From Acaryochloridaceae cyanobacterium VAR_48_metabat_390 (GTDB lineage: Bacteria; Cyanobacteriota; Cyanobacteriia; Thermosynechococcales; Thermosynechococcaceae), in NCBI GenBank assembly GCA_031422435.1, contig JANPLU010000030.1, forward strand, positions 95,918 through 159,917: a DNA stretch of 64,000 bases. Reading direction: 5' to 3'. Of the stretch, positions 33,375-44,041 are shown piece after piece (the stretch's first letter is position 1; every line of letters begins with the position of its first letter). The notes under the pieces were generated by a model. It saw nothing but the letters and a program-made list of their open reading frames with translations, was not told the origin of the DNA and did no database searches. Both the position numbers and the translations under genes were made by a program.

Positions 33375-34742
33375 CTAGGCAGACTCTGGGGTTGGAATCG
33401 AAGAAGGATGCATTAACAGCTCAGCCGAGGAAAGTTTCTCAACCATCTCTGGCGTAATCACGCAGCGCGTCAGGTCTTTACGAGAAGGCAACTCATACAT
33501 AATCTCTAGCATGAGTTCTTCTACAATGGCTCTGAGCGCCCTCGCACCCGTCTTGCGGCGGTAGGCTTCACGGGCGATCGCCGTAATGGCATCCGTATGA
33601 AACTCAAGCTGCACGTTGTCCATGTTCATCAGCTTTTGGTACTGCTTGATCAGGGCGTTGCGCGGCTCTGTCAAAATCTTACACAGCGTCTCTTCATCCA
33701 GCGGGTCGATCACAGAAATGACCGGAATCCGACCAATAAATTCAGGAATCATCCCAAACCGCACTAAATCTTCCGGAGCCAAGTGACGCAGTGAATTTGC
33801 CGCACGAACCTCTCGCGGCATCGGCTCACCCTGCACAAAGCCCATCGACTTTCTGCCCGTGCGCTGCTCAATAATTTTGTCTAAGCCCACAAAGGCTCCG
33901 CCGCAGATAAACAGAATATTAGTGGTGTCAATCTGGATGCAGTCTTGGTAAGGGTGCTTGCGTCCCCCTTGGGGCGGCACATTTGCTGTGGTGCCCTCCA
34001 GCATTTTTAAGAGCGCCTGCTGCACCCCTTCTCCAGACACATCACGGGTAATAGAAGGGTTTTCGCTTTTACGCGCAACCTTATCAATTTCATCAATGTA
34101 GATAATGCCGCGCTGGGCTTCTTCTACATCTAGATCCGCCACCTGAAGCAGCCGCAGCAAAATATTTTCAACGTCTTCACCCACATAGCCTGCTTCTGTG
34201 AGCGTGGTGGCATCGGCAACGGCAAAGGGCACATCCAGCATTTTGGCAAGGGTTTGAGCCAATAGCGTTTTGCCACAGCCCGTCGGCCCAATCAGCAAAA
34301 CGTTAGATTTTTGCAGTTCTATTGTGTCTTCTAGGCTGCCGTCTGCCTCGCCACTTTGAATCAGGCTCAGACGTTTATAGTGGTTATAAACCCCCACAGA
34401 TAAGACTTTTTTGGCCTCATCTTGACCAATCACATGTTCGTCTAAATAAGTCTTAATTTCTCGCGGCTTTGGAATTTGGTTGAGCGACAGTCGAGAAGCA
34501 GAGCGCGGCGTAGTGCGACGACGCTGCTCAACCGCCGCTGCTTCTCGGCGGGCAGTGGGCGCGGCTGCGGGAGCGGAGCTTGGCCCTGACTCAAACAGCT
34601 CTTCGTCTAAGATTTCGTTACAGAGATCGACACACTCGTCGCAAATATAAACTCCTGGCCCCGCAATTAACTTGCGAACCTGCTCTTGGGATTTCCCGCA
34701 GAAGGAGCATTTGAGATGAGAGTCGTACTTAGACATAGCCAC
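33375..34742 (-). CDS. clpX: ATP-dependent Clp protease ATP-binding subunit
   Basis: CSFC...CDEC zinc finger, [14 protein letters not shown] and GARALR. Confidence 0.97.
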   Translation of the reverse strand: MAMSKYDSHLKCSFCGKSQEQVRKLIAGPGVYICDECVDLCNEILDEELFESGPSSAPAAAPTARREAAAVEQRRRTTPRSASRLSLNQIPKPREIKTYLDEHVIGQDEAKKVLSVGVYNHYKRLSLIQSGEADGSLEDTIELQKSNVLLIGPTGCGKTLLAQTLAKMLDVPFAVADATTLTEAGYVGEDVENILLRLLQVADLDVEEAQRGIIYIDEIDKVARKSENPSITRDVSGEGVQQALLKMLEGTTANVPPQGGRKHPYQDCIQIDTTNILFICGGAFVGLDKIIEQRTGRKSMGFVQGEPMPREVRAANSLRHLAPEDLVRFGMIPEFIGRIPVISVIDPLDEETLCKILTEPRNALIKQYQKLMNMDNVQLEFHTDAITAIAREAYRRKTGARALRAIVEELMLEIMYELPSRKDLTRCVITPEMVEKLSSAELLMHPSSIPTPESA

Positions 34743-34764
34743 TGCCTGCTTAGACGTTGATGGG

Positions 34765-35457
34765 TTATGAACTGACGGCCTGACGTTGACTGAGGATATC
34801 TTGACGAGTCAAAACCTTGTCAATCAAACCATACTTTTGCGCTTCGTCAGGAGACATAAAGAAATCGCGGTCTGTGTCGGCTTCGATCCGATCTAGAGGT
34901 TGACCTGTATGCTCAGCCATCAGCTGGTTAAGCTGCTCTTTGAGATACATGATTTCTTTGGCCTGGATCTCAATGTCCCGAGCCTGTCCTTGGGCACCGC
35001 CGAGGGGCTGGTGAATCATGATTCTGGAGTGAGGTAAGGCCATTCGCTTGCCAGGGGTGCCTGCCGACAGCAAAAATGCGCCCATGCTGGCGGCTAAGCC
35101 AAAGCAAATGGTGCAGACGTCTGGTCGAATGTGCTGCATGGTGTCAAAAATTGCCATGCCTGCGGTAATGGAGCCGCCTGGAGAATTAATGTAGAGATAA
35201 ATATCTTGCTCTGGATCTTCTGCATCTAAAAACAGAAGCTGGGCAACAATTGCGTCAGCCACTGAGTCATCAATGCCGCGAGAAGAACCATTGCTGCCGA
35301 GAAACACAATGCGCTCTCTGAGCAGTCTGGAATAAATATCAAAGGCTCGCTCACCTCGACCGGACTGCTCAACCACCATAGGCACGATCGCCTGGGGAGG
35401 ATTGAAGCTGTCATCATGTCCTGATGAGCGCGTAGCGCGAGAGTGAGAAAAAAGCAT
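34765..35457 (-). CDS. clpP: ATP-dependent Clp protease proteolytic subunit
   Basis: [16 protein letters not shown] and MIHQPLGG; between tig and clpX. Confidence 0.96.
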   Translation of the reverse strand: MLFSHSRATRSSGHDDSFNPPQAIVPMVVEQSGRGERAFDIYSRLLRERIVFLGSNGSSRGIDDSVADAIVAQLLFLDAEDPEQDIYLYINSPGGSITAGMAIFDTMQHIRPDVCTICFGLAASMGAFLLSAGTPGKRMALPHSRIMIHQPLGGAQGQARDIEIQAKEIMYLKEQLNQLMAEHTGQPLDRIEADTDRDFFMSPDEAQKYGLIDKVLTRQDILSQRQAVSS

Positions 35458-35638
35458 ATGCGCGTCTGCTCTACTTCAAAAGGAATAAGAAAAGGATCGG
35501 CTGAGCAACAGCGAAAGAACATGATACAAACGCGTTGAGCAAAGCTTCAACTCGCTTTCACTTCATTATGCCTTAACTGCTGCTCAATCCGCTGGCTGCT
35601 GCCTATTGTCTGCTGACGCTGGCAATGGAGTGATCGCC

Positions 35639-37135
35639 CTAGCTTTCTTCTTCGGTCTTTGTCTTGGAAGTCCGACGACGAGTGGTCTTTTTTTGCTCTT
35701 CTGGCTGTTTGTCTTCGACAACGGCGGTCGCGGTGGTTTCTACCGTTGCGGCTGAGGCTTCTGGCAATGCTGCTTCTGGCTCTGGCTCCATTTCAATTTT
35801 GTCCACCAGCGTGACTTCAGAGTGTTCTTTGAGCCAGCCTACGACCTTTTCTTTGAGTAGTTCATCTTCAAGCACTTCTCTGAGGCGATCGCGGTCTATG
35901 TTCTTCTTGTCATCAATCTGGTCAAACACCTCTTGATAACGCGCTTCTAGGGCTTCCGTCTCAATTTTGAGAGACTCTTGAGCCGCAACTTCAGCCAGCG
36001 CCAGGGTACGCTTTACTCGCCCAATCGCCTCATCTCGAAAGCGATCTTTTAGACCATCAATGGCATCCGCCGGAAACAGTCGTTTGACATCCATGCCCTG
36101 AGACTGAAGACGAGAGGCCAGCTGATTGATCAGAAAGCTGACCTCGTTGGAAATGATGGTTTCGGGCAGGTCAACCTCAACTTCTTCAACAAGGGCATCC
36201 AGAAGCTTCGTTTCAATGTTTTCGTTGGTTTTATCTTGGGCTTCTTTTTGGTAGCGCTCTTCTAAAAATGTACGCAGTTCAGCCAAGGTTTCAAACTCGC
36301 TGATTTCTTTGACAAAATCATCGTCGAGTTCTGGCAGCTCTTTGGTCTTAATTTCTTTGAGCGTGACCGAGAAAACCGCAGATTTACCCGCTAACTCTTC
36401 TTGGAAGTAGCCTTCAGGGAACTGCAGCTCTAGTTCTTTGGTTTCTTCAGGGTTCATCCCGACAATGCCTTCGATAAAGCCAGGGATAAGCTGTCCTTCA
36501 GATAGCTCGACCTGAAAGTCTTCAGCACTGCCACCTTCAATGTCTTGAGGATCTTCTTTGTCTTCGCCTAAGAAATACTGACCTGAGAAATCAATGACCG
36601 CAACGTCACCCAGTTCGGCGGCGCGGCCTTCGACGGGTATTAGGGTAGAGCGAGAGGCACGCTGCTCATCAATGACGAGATCGGCTTGAGTGGGGTCGTG
36701 CTTGACTTCTTCTGCGGTCACTTTAAATTCTGTGTAGCGCTTGAGCGTTGCTTTGGGCGGCACATCAATGCTGGCGCTATAGGTCATGACAGACCCTGGC
36801 TCAAACTGGGTGAGCATCTCATCAAAGGAGGAGCGAAGCTGAAAATTGCCCAGTGCCGCAATCTCTTCTTGGGCGATCGCCTCTTTAAAGGTTTGCTCAA
36901 CCAATTCTTCTAAAGTTGCGGCCTTCATCTGCATTGCGCCGTAGCGCTGAAGCACCACCTGACGGGGCACCTTGCCACGCCGGAAGCCAGGAATTTGGGC
37001 AGACTTCATGAACTTAGTAACGGTCTGCTCGTAAGCTTGGCGTGATCGCTCTGGAGAGATTTCGATTTCTAGCCCAATCTGGCTACCAGGAAGCTTTTCC
37101 TGGGTGACTTTTAATTGTTCTTGTGTTTTAGACAA
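35639..37135 (-). CDS. tig: Trigger factor
   Basis: IPGFRRGKVP ribosome-binding signature and FKBP-like IPGFIEGIVGM; TTG start after GAGGG. Confidence 0.95.
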   Translation of the reverse strand: MSKTQEQLKVTQEKLPGSQIGLEIEISPERSRQAYEQTVTKFMKSAQIPGFRRGKVPRQVVLQRYGAMQMKAATLEELVEQTFKEAIAQEEIAALGNFQLRSSFDEMLTQFEPGSVMTYSASIDVPPKATLKRYTEFKVTAEEVKHDPTQADLVIDEQRASRSTLIPVEGRAAELGDVAVIDFSGQYFLGEDKEDPQDIEGGSAEDFQVELSEGQLIPGFIEGIVGMNPEETKELELQFPEGYFQEELAGKSAVFSVTLKEIKTKELPELDDDFVKEISEFETLAELRTFLEERYQKEAQDKTNENIETKLLDALVEEVEVDLPETIISNEVSFLINQLASRLQSQGMDVKRLFPADAIDGLKDRFRDEAIGRVKRTLALAEVAAQESLKIETEALEARYQEVFDQIDDKKNIDRDRLREVLEDELLKEKVVGWLKEHSEVTLVDKIEMEPEPEAALPEASAATVETTATAVVEDKQPEEQKKTTRRRTSKTKTEEES

Positions 37136-37359
37136 CGCTCTTCCCTCGGTAGACTCAGCTAATAGAACCAATCAAATGCAAACGAGCCGCGTCAAACCAA
37201 AAGGCAGCGGTGAATGCAGAACATAGCTTTGTGTTTTGCACAGTCCTCTATTGTAAGGGATCTATTGCCTATCTCAGCCTATCGCACGAGCAGCCGTAAT
37301 CTACGCTCAAAATGTAAGCTCTTGCGTCCCTCCAAAATGCTGTATTCTCGCCCCAAAAC

Positions 37360-37662
37360 TTAACGAATGGGTTCATGCACCGTCACCAGTTTTGTCCCAT
37401 CAGGGAAGGTCGCCTCTACCTGCACGTCGTGAATCATTTCAGGAATGCCGTCCATCACGTCATCGCGGCCTAGCAGCGTTGTGCCGTAGCTCATCAGGTC
37501 AGCAACGGTACGCCCCTCACGGGCACCCTCTAAGATGGCGGCAGAAATGAAGGCGATCGCTTCTGGATAATTCAGCTTAAGCCCCTTGGCTTTACGACGT
37601 TCTGCCACTAGTGCCGCCGTAAAAATGAGCAGCTTATCTTTTTCTTGCGGGGAAAGTTGCAT
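37360..37662 (-). CDS. ureA: Urease gamma subunit
   Basis: [11 protein letters not shown]...KLNYPEA...[14 protein letters not shown]. Confidence 0.97.
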   Translation of the reverse strand: MQLSPQEKDKLLIFTAALVAERRKAKGLKLNYPEAIAFISAAILEGAREGRTVADLMSYGTTLLGRDDVMDGIPEMIHDVQVEATFPDGTKLVTVHEPIR

Positions 37663-37697
37663 GATTTAGATCCTTATCCTTAGTTAGACTGACCAGA

Positions 37698-38609
37698 TTA
37701 AACTTGCCAAACGCGAACGGGACAGGCAGGCTGCCCTAAGGCATAGAATCGCACATGATTCCAAACTTGCGTAAACCATTGCCGAACCTCTGAAGTAGAT
37801 TGGCCTCGGTAACGGCAAATCACCCCTTGCTGTGCGCGAGTCACGCCAATTTCACCCTGTAGCCCCAACTGAGTCCAGATCTCCCGAAGCTGCTGCACAA
37901 AATCACGGTCTACTTCCTGCCCAATCCAGGCGAAGGTGCCCACCACAGGGCATTGATTGAGTCCATGGGGATGATCAACCATGGGCAGACTGCCAGGGAG
38001 CCACTGCCGATCAATCCAAAGCGGTATGCCATCTCGCCAGACCTCCGTGTGCGATCGCCATTCTCCTTCTTCAAACCGTTCTCCGCGCGCAGTCCGCCCA
38101 AACCGATAGATATCCCACCCTAGCCAAGCGGCATTTTGGCCTAAGTTTACCTTCAGGGTTTGCTTAAACTGTGCCTGGTTGAACAAAATTGTCTCTTGGG
38201 GTAGCCACTCTAAATAGGCGTGTTCTGCAATGTCAATCTCAATCACCTGCTGCGTCGTTTTGCCTTGAGCGCAGTAGATTTTGCTCGCCGCAGCCGTTGT
38301 GATTACCGCATGGGTATGGGGCGCTAAGTTGAGGCTGTAGAGGAGGCGATCGCCCCCCACCATGCCGCCAGCAGTATGAATCAAAATGGCGTGGCAAATG
38401 CTCGGATCTTCTGGATACAGTGGCCTTTGCACCTTGAGGGGCGCTTGATGCCAAACCTTGGCTAACCGTGTTTTATCTTCAGAACGATCATAGGAAAGCG
38501 CCACCGCACCTTGCCAGGGAGCCGTTTCCTGCGGCTTGATTGGCACGATAACCTGGGAACCTTGAAACCTTAGTGCGGCGTCGCTTGATGGAGAGTGAGT
38601 CACATCCAT
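37698..38609 (-). CDS. ureD: Urease accessory protein
   Basis: PLKVQRPLYPE, HTAGGMVGGD, WLPQETI and GRTARGE. Confidence 0.93.
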   Translation of the reverse strand: MDVTHSPSSDAALRFQGSQVIVPIKPQETAPWQGAVALSYDRSEDKTRLAKVWHQAPLKVQRPLYPEDPSICHAILIHTAGGMVGGDRLLYSLNLAPHTHAVITTAAASKIYCAQGKTTQQVIEIDIAEHAYLEWLPQETILFNQAQFKQTLKVNLGQNAAWLGWDIYRFGRTARGERFEEGEWRSHTEVWRDGIPLWIDRQWLPGSLPMVDHPHGLNQCPVVGTFAWIGQEVDRDFVQQLREIWTQLGLQGEIGVTRAQQGVICRYRGQSTSEVRQWFTQVWNHVRFYALGQPACPVRVWQV

Positions 38610-38814
38610 TGCTGGGTCAATAAAAGTCAAAAATAAGCTGGCTTAATCTAAATTGCGTATTTTTACGGATCAGTTTTACGTTCTAAGATGTCCATCCTAA
38701 CGGAAAGAGTCTGCGGGAGCGAAGAAGTGGCATCTCACCATAAGATGCAGCCGCCTATATGAACATAGCCCCCTTTTTTATGATTTTTGTCTCAACACGC
38801 TGACGAAATGAACT

Positions 38815-39954
38815 ATGACCTACAGCCCCAACGCCCAGTCAGGACAAACGTCCCAGCCCCCTCAATTTTCGCCAGCAAAGGCACTGCATAAATTTGTCAC
38901 AGAAGAACGATCGGGACGTCTAAGTATTATTGACCCCAACGATACTTCGGTGGAATGGTGCGTTTATTTTGGGGGCGGTCAAGTTCACTATGCCACCAGT
39001 CTGGTGGGGCACCGTGAGCGGTTGGCCTACTTATTCAGTCGTGAATCTACAGGTCTAGAACCCTGTCTCAGTATTGATGCGCCCTCAGATTATCAGATGG
39101 TGTATCAATATTGGCGATCGCAGCAGCTTTCTCTCCACTGGGTTCGTCAAGTTTTAGCGACGCTTACCCAAGAGGCACTAACCCAGTTTTTAGCTATTCC
39201 CCAAGGTCAGCTCAAGTATGAGTCTAGTATTGGTCTAGATCCGCTGCTGCTCTCTGTTCCTTTTCGGCAGTTGGTGCTGCCCGTGCGTGATAACGTAGCA
39301 CGCTGGACCAATTTAAGAACCGACCTTAGTTCACCCTTTCAAAGACCCGCCATTCTCAATCACGATAATTGCCTCCAAAGCTTCTGGAGCGAGAGCGGAT
39401 CTGGTCAACAGCGTCAGAAAATTATTGCCTTGGTCGAAAAAAATTTGACGCTTTATGAAATCGCACATCAATGTTCTATTGATGTGTTGGATCTCGCTAC
39501 TTTGCTCAAGCCAATCCTTCGCAGTGGAGGTATGGAAATGAGACCGTATCGGGTCATGTCTACTCAAAAGCGTCCTGTTGTAGCCTGTGTGGACGATAGC
39601 CCCACCATTCAGCAGTTTGTCAAGCTTTCCTTGGAGTCGTCAGGCTATGATGTGCTGTCTCTTTTTGACCCCACCCAGGCGATGCTGCCGTTATTGAATC
39701 ATCAGCCCATCATTATTTTGATGGATATTGAGATGCCAGGCATTGACGGCTATGAACTCTGTCGTTTAGCGCGTCAAGTGGAGGCTCTACGCCGCGTTCC
39801 GATTGTGATGCTGACAGGACGCGAAGGCATTATTGATCGGGTCCGCGCCCGGATGGCGGGCTGCACAGCATACCTTACGAAGCCGTTTAATCCTCAAGAA
39901 CTTTTGGAGCTTGTCAAAAAGCTGGAATTGGCAATTCCAGTCGCGTCCCTGTAG
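38815..39954 (+). CDS. PatA-family response regulator (PATAN/DUF4388 plus receiver)
   Basis: N-terminal SGRL...WCVYFGGGQVHYA; C-terminal CVDDSP...MDIEMPGIDGYELC...YLTKPF. Confidence 0.88.
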   Translation: MTYSPNAQSGQTSQPPQFSPAKALHKFVTEERSGRLSIIDPNDTSVEWCVYFGGGQVHYATSLVGHRERLAYLFSRESTGLEPCLSIDAPSDYQMVYQYWRSQQLSLHWVRQVLATLTQEALTQFLAIPQGQLKYESSIGLDPLLLSVPFRQLVLPVRDNVARWTNLRTDLSSPFQRPAILNHDNCLQSFWSESGSGQQRQKIIALVEKNLTLYEIAHQCSIDVLDLATLLKPILRSGGMEMRPYRVMSTQKRPVVACVDDSPTIQQFVKLSLESSGYDVLSLFDPTQAMLPLLNHQPIIILMDIEMPGIDGYELCRLARQVEALRRVPIVMLTGREGIIDRVRARMAGCTAYLTKPFNPQELLELVKKLELAIPVASL

Positions 39955-40039
39955 CGTCAAGGACAGGTTTAGCGGATAGTGCATGGGAGAATTCCGAATT
40001 GATTGGCAAAATCAGCTCCCCCAAAACCTGGGTATTATT

Positions 40040-41020
40040 TTATTGTTCTTCGTAAAGATTCTTTTTGATGTGCTGCTGGGCAAAGGTATTGCGCTCCCAA
40101 AAAACGCCATCTACCCACCCTTGGATACAGGATTCAGCTTCAGCCAATTCCAAGCGACGTGCCGCTAAAAGACAGTAGTCTTGCTCTAAATCAATGCCCA
40201 AGTAGCGGCGACCTAACTTTTTTGCTGCAACCACCGTTGTACCGCTGCCCAGAAAGGGATCTAGCACTAAATCTTCAGCATTAGAGCTGGCCAACAGCAG
40301 CTTTGCCAACAGCTTCTCACTCTTTTGAGTGGGATGAAGCGTGTTTTCTGGCATGGACCAGAATGGAATGGTGATGTCTGTCCAAAGATTGGATGGGTAA
40401 GTGTCGCGGAAGCTGCCTTGTTCGGTGGCCTCCCAGTCACGAGGCTGTCCCTGGGCGTCTCGGTAAGGCGCTAAAACGCGCCGTCGCTGCTTGACTGCCT
40501 CTGTATTAAAGGTGTACTGCTCTGAAACGGTACAAAACCAAATATCTTCGCTGGCGTTTTTCCAGTTGGCTTTTGCCCCGCGACCTTTTTCGCGCTCCCA
40601 GGTAATGCGATTGCGCACAATGAGGTGTTCGGAGGCTGCCATAAAAATAGAGGCAGACGAAAACCAGTCGCCGCAGATGTAGACCGTAGCGGTTTTTTTA
40701 AGCAGCGGCTTAAGCGATCGCAGCACTCGATCCAGCCAATCGGCATAATGCTGCACAGACTGACGGTTAAACCGCCGTCCATTAAAGCTTTTGGTGAGAT
40801 TGTAGGGCGGATCCAAAATCAGCAGATCCACACACTGCTGAGGCAGCGACGGCGCAAGAGCAAGACAGTCTCCATGAAGAATGCCCGATTGCCACACTTC
40901 ATCAGCCACAGGCAGCGGGATCTCAAGGAAGTGCGATCGCAGACGGACGCAGTCCTCTGGCGTGAGAACGATGGATCGATTCAGCCGAGAGTAAGGCTTG
41001 CCCGAGTTTCCGGTCGTCAT
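40040..41020 (-). CDS. Adenine/N4-cytosine DNA methyltransferase (beta class)
   Basis: DPPY precedes HPTQK and DPFLGSGTT. Confidence 0.9.
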   Translation of the reverse strand: MTTGNSGKPYSRLNRSIVLTPEDCVRLRSHFLEIPLPVADEVWQSGILHGDCLALAPSLPQQCVDLLILDPPYNLTKSFNGRRFNRQSVQHYADWLDRVLRSLKPLLKKTATVYICGDWFSSASIFMAASEHLIVRNRITWEREKGRGAKANWKNASEDIWFCTVSEQYTFNTEAVKQRRRVLAPYRDAQGQPRDWEATEQGSFRDTYPSNLWTDITIPFWSMPENTLHPTQKSEKLLAKLLLASSNAEDLVLDPFLGSGTTVVAAKKLGRRYLGIDLEQDYCLLAARRLELAEAESCIQGWVDGVFWERNTFAQQHIKKNLYEEQ

Positions 41021-41173
41021 TGCTACGCCTATCTACTAAACCTATATCCGTTGTTTCTATAATTCTGAAGGCGTAGCGTAGCGCATTCAAGTCTAGGCCC
41101 CAACATATTTCAAGGCTCATGCCTGCCCACAGCAGCAATTTGTTGACAAGTTTAAGATTTTTGTCAATCCTGC

Positions 41174-41202
41174 TTGACAAAAGTTTACATAATCGTTACA
41201 TT
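41174..41202 (+). promoter_or_regulatory. Sigma70-type promoter overlapped by HLR1-like (RpaB) direct repeats
   Basis: TTGACA (41174) - 17 nt - TACATT (41197); repeats TTGACAAA-AG-TTTACATA-ATC-GTTACATT. Confidence 0.65.
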
Positions 41203-41251
41203 AGCTTCATAGAAGTTTACAAAACCTGCCGTCCGCAGAACAAAAATACCC

Positions 41252-41422
41252 ATGCACACCACCCAAGACGAACGTGGCCTGTTAAACAATTTTGCAGTTG
41301 AACCTACTCTCTACTTTGCTGAATCCCCTTCCATCCAGCAGCAGCGTCGATATCTGATTCAGGGTGTCGTGGCAGTTGCGTTTGTTGCCGTTCTATTAGG
41401 CGTAACCTTGACCGTTAGTTAA
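41252..41422 (+). CDS. psb34: PSII assembly factor Psb34 (Ssl1498 family), 56 aa (not in ORF track)
   Basis: Hand translation MHTTQDERGLLNNFAVEPTLYFAESPSIQQQRRYLIQGVVAVAFVAVLLGVTLTVS; LNNFAxEP motif plus C-terminal TM helix. Confidence 0.85.
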   Translation: MHTTQDERGLLNNFAVEPTLYFAESPSIQQQRRYLIQGVVAVAFVAVLLGVTLTVS

Positions 41423-41487
41423 GGCATGACGACGTTCAAATCACTGTGTTCAAAACGCTACAGATAAAATTTTGAGAGGAATCCCCG

Positions 41488-41685
41488 ATGTTTGCACCCA
41501 TCGTTCTTGCGCTTAAAAGCTGGCTTGGCAGCAAAACTTTGAATCAAACGCGAGGTAAGGCGATCGCACTGCACTCTAAAGTCATCAACGCTGTGTGCAA
41601 TCGTTTTGGCATTGAAAGCAGCTACCGTCAAAGCTTGATTCGGATGGCGCGGGATAACGGCAAACAGCTTGGGCTGTTGGCATAG
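41488..41685 (+). CDS. Conserved small cyanobacterial protein
   Basis: RGKAIALHSKVI...LIRMARDNGKQLGLLA; GAGAGG upstream. Confidence 0.75.
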   Translation: MFAPIVLALKSWLGSKTLNQTRGKAIALHSKVINAVCNRFGIESSYRQSLIRMARDNGKQLGLLA

Positions 41686-41743
41686 TTCGCCTATCTCTTT
41701 TGCAGCTTCTTCTAAGTTGATTTACCTATCAGGAATGACAATC

Positions 41744-41977
41744 ATGATGACTTTATTAGTTTCGGTAATTTTGGTCGGTTGGGCCGCCGCAGCCATCCTA
41801 GGCACTCAAGCCTACTTTCGCGGTGAGCAATCTAAGCCCATCCATGCCCGAAACTGGCGCTCAGAGTCTTTTGAGAAAATCGCTCAAACCTTTACGGGTG
41901 AACTAACTGACCATGCTCAGCGTACCCCTGGCTTTGAGGTTGCAGATGCTTTTTCAAGCGCAACGTTGAGCAATTAG
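41744..41977 (+). CDS. Small single-TM protein, possibly Psb35-related
   Basis: N-terminal TM followed by GTQAYFRGEQSKPIHARNWRS; AGGA upstream; family assignment from memory. Confidence 0.6.
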   Translation: MMTLLVSVILVGWAAAAILGTQAYFRGEQSKPIHARNWRSESFEKIAQTFTGELTDHAQRTPGFEVADAFSSATLSN

Positions 41978-42009
41978 TAATAATCACTAATGGCGCTTAA
42001 TCATACTCT

Positions 42010-42046
42010 AAAGACCCTACCGGAGCTGGCTCTGGTGGGGTTTTAT
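42010..42046 (+). terminator. Intrinsic terminator
   Basis: ACCCTACCGGAGC-TG-GCTCTGGTGGGGT stem followed by TTTAT. Confidence 0.7.
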
Positions 42047-42133
42047 TAAAGCGAAGCGCTGAGCCAAGGTGGAAAAAGAGGGTTAGCGTTAAGATAGGCA
42101 GCATAGGGAATATCCATTAAAGCGTTCTGCTCT

Positions 42134-42820
42134 ATGAGCCTCAGACGCTTTCCCTCAATGCATTTTAGGGAGACTCGCGTGACGGAAAGCTACAACGACA
42201 ACCTCTTTGATCGTCTGTTTATTGGGCTGTTTTCACACAAAATGGCGATCGCCCTGGGTAAAAAGACGACACAATCTGGCTATGACGGGTTTGTAGATCT
42301 GTCGCAGCAAATTATGCAGGGTCGTAACGCCATGCAGCAGCAGGAGCTGGTGTCCGTTGTGCTTAAATCTTTGGTTCCTGCGCCCATCTTAAAAATAATT
42401 CGGACATTTTTTTCGCCCACAAAGTTAGTTTGTGAGCTAAATGCGTGGTTTGCCACCATACTGTTTCAGTGGCTGGTGGGTCCGTGCGAAGTTCGTGCGA
42501 TTGAAGTGGTGGATAAAAACGGTCTACCGAGACTGCAGCGCAGCGAAGTCTACATCAAAAAGTGTCGCTATCTCGAGCAAAGCGGCTGCGTGGGCATGTG
42601 TATCAACATGTGTAAGCTGCCCACCCAATCCTTTTTTACCCAAGATTTTGGGATTCCGCTTACCATGACGCCTAACTTTGAAGACCTGAGCTGCGAGATG
42701 ATATTTGGTCAGATCCCTCCGCCTCTGGAAACCGAAGCGGCCTATCATCAACCCTGTTTAGTGGGACAGTGCACTACAGCCGCAACGGCTCCTGCTTGCC
42801 CAAAGGTTCATGAAAAATAG
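42134..42820 (+). CDS. DUF4033 / D27 beta-carotene isomerase-like protein
   Basis: FQWLVGP, KCRYLEQSGCVGMCINMCKLPTQ and PNFEDLSCEMIFG. Confidence 0.88.
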   Translation: MSLRRFPSMHFRETRVTESYNDNLFDRLFIGLFSHKMAIALGKKTTQSGYDGFVDLSQQIMQGRNAMQQQELVSVVLKSLVPAPILKIIRTFFSPTKLVCELNAWFATILFQWLVGPCEVRAIEVVDKNGLPRLQRSEVYIKKCRYLEQSGCVGMCINMCKLPTQSFFTQDFGIPLTMTPNFEDLSCEMIFGQIPPPLETEAAYHQPCLVGQCTTAATAPACPKVHEK

Positions 42821-42856
42821 TAGCTGCTGCGATCATTTTGCTCGTGTTTAGGGCTG

Positions 42857-43204
42857 TTAGTCGTGGGCTACTTGCGCTGCTTCGGCTTGCTGAACAAATG
42901 GCTCTAGGTCAACAGTTTGGGTCATCTTTGAAAGAATAGCCTCAATTTCTGCCAAATATTCGCAGCCAAAGCGATCTTGTGTTGAAAGTATGCGCGTTAG
43001 AGCATCTACAATTGTCTGTTTACAGTCGGCTGCGCTTAGGCCATTTTGGTGCCCTACCATCAGCTGTCGCAAAAAATAGGCATACCCACCCGTCATCAGG
43101 CCCATTAGAAGCGCATTTTCATGTCTCAGTGCCTCTAGCTCTTGGTGTATGTCTTCAGGAATCTCTGGGAAATAGGTCACGGCGCTCGCCCTAAAGCTGA
43201 ACAT
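42857..43204 (-). CDS. Hypothetical protein
   Basis: 115-aa ORF beginning 3 nt after the dioxygenase stop codon. Confidence 0.5.
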   Translation of the reverse strand: MFSFRASAVTYFPEIPEDIHQELEALRHENALLMGLMTGGYAYFLRQLMVGHQNGLSAADCKQTIVDALTRILSTQDRFGCEYLAEIEAILSKMTQTVDLEPFVQQAEAAQVAHD

Positions 43205-43207
43205 TCG

Positions 43208-44041
43208 TTAGGATTTTACGTTGAGAACCCGCTTAACTAAGGGTCTTAACGAACAGTACCAAACATTTTTGAGCTTGAACCATCCATACTTCAAAACGTT
43301 AATAGGATGCAGACGCTGAGCATAAAACTGAACAAACTCTGGATGTGGCTTACCATCACGCGCCATGACAAAGTAGGGCGGTTCAACCAGCGGATCAAAA
43401 CAGTGGAGTGGCAAACACTCTAAAACATACGCCCAACGAGACTGATTGGTCGTGTTGGGTGCCGTACAGTGTAGTAAGAAGGACGAAAAGACCACAACAT
43501 CCCCTGGTTCTGCCTCAATCATCACGGGCGCTTCAATGTTACGCTCGCAAGAAAAAAAACTCTCAACATAGGTGTGAGGAAAAACCGTTTGCTCCATAAA
43601 GTATTGACCCGGCTGAACCCAAAGCGCACCATTGTCAGCCGTAACTTTAGTTAGCGGAATCCAAACCTGATAGTAAGGATGTTTGAGCTGAGTGTAGCGA
43701 TTATCCTGATGCCAAGGCATCATACTTGCCCCTGGATCTTTTGAAATCGCCTGATCCCATCGTACCCAAATATCGGAACCAATAATTTTTGATAGTACAT
43801 CTACAATTTTGGACTGGGTGATAAGTTCTCGAATTTTTCCACTGCGACTTAGAAACTCAGTATGGTAGTGCAACCGATTTTGATCACATCCGAAAGTGTT
43901 TTCTTTCTGGTCAGATGACTGAATATTTTCCCATAGAGCTTTTATTTCTTCAATAGAGAATAATCCTCTATAGATAATATAGCCCTGCCTTTCAAATTCT
44001 TCTCGACCCCCTGAGTTAAAGTTTACTGTTTTCTCTAGCAT
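43208..44041 (-). CDS. Phytanoyl-CoA dioxygenase (PhyH) family Fe(II)/2-oxoglutarate enzyme
   Basis: WHQD, WIPL...NGAL, PGDVVVFS..LLHCT..N....R. Confidence 0.88.
   Translation of the reverse strand: MLEKTVNFNSGGREEFERQGYIIYRGLFSIEEIKALWENIQSSDQKENTFGCDQNRLHYHTEFLSRSGKIRELITQSKIVDVLSKIIGSDIWVRWDQAISKDPGASMMPWHQDNRYTQLKHPYYQVWIPLTKVTADNGALWVQPGQYFMEQTVFPHTYVESFFSCERNIEAPVMIEAEPGDVVVFSSFLLHCTAPNTTNQSRWAYVLECLPLHCFDPLVEPPYFVMARDGKPHPEFVQFYAQRLHPINVLKYGWFKLKNVWYCSLRPLVKRVLNVKS

Noticed and set aside
38655..38672. NtcA site upstream of ureD (CGTATTTTTACG)
   Set aside because: The spacing between GTA and TAC is 4 nt, not the GTA-N8-TAC consensus.
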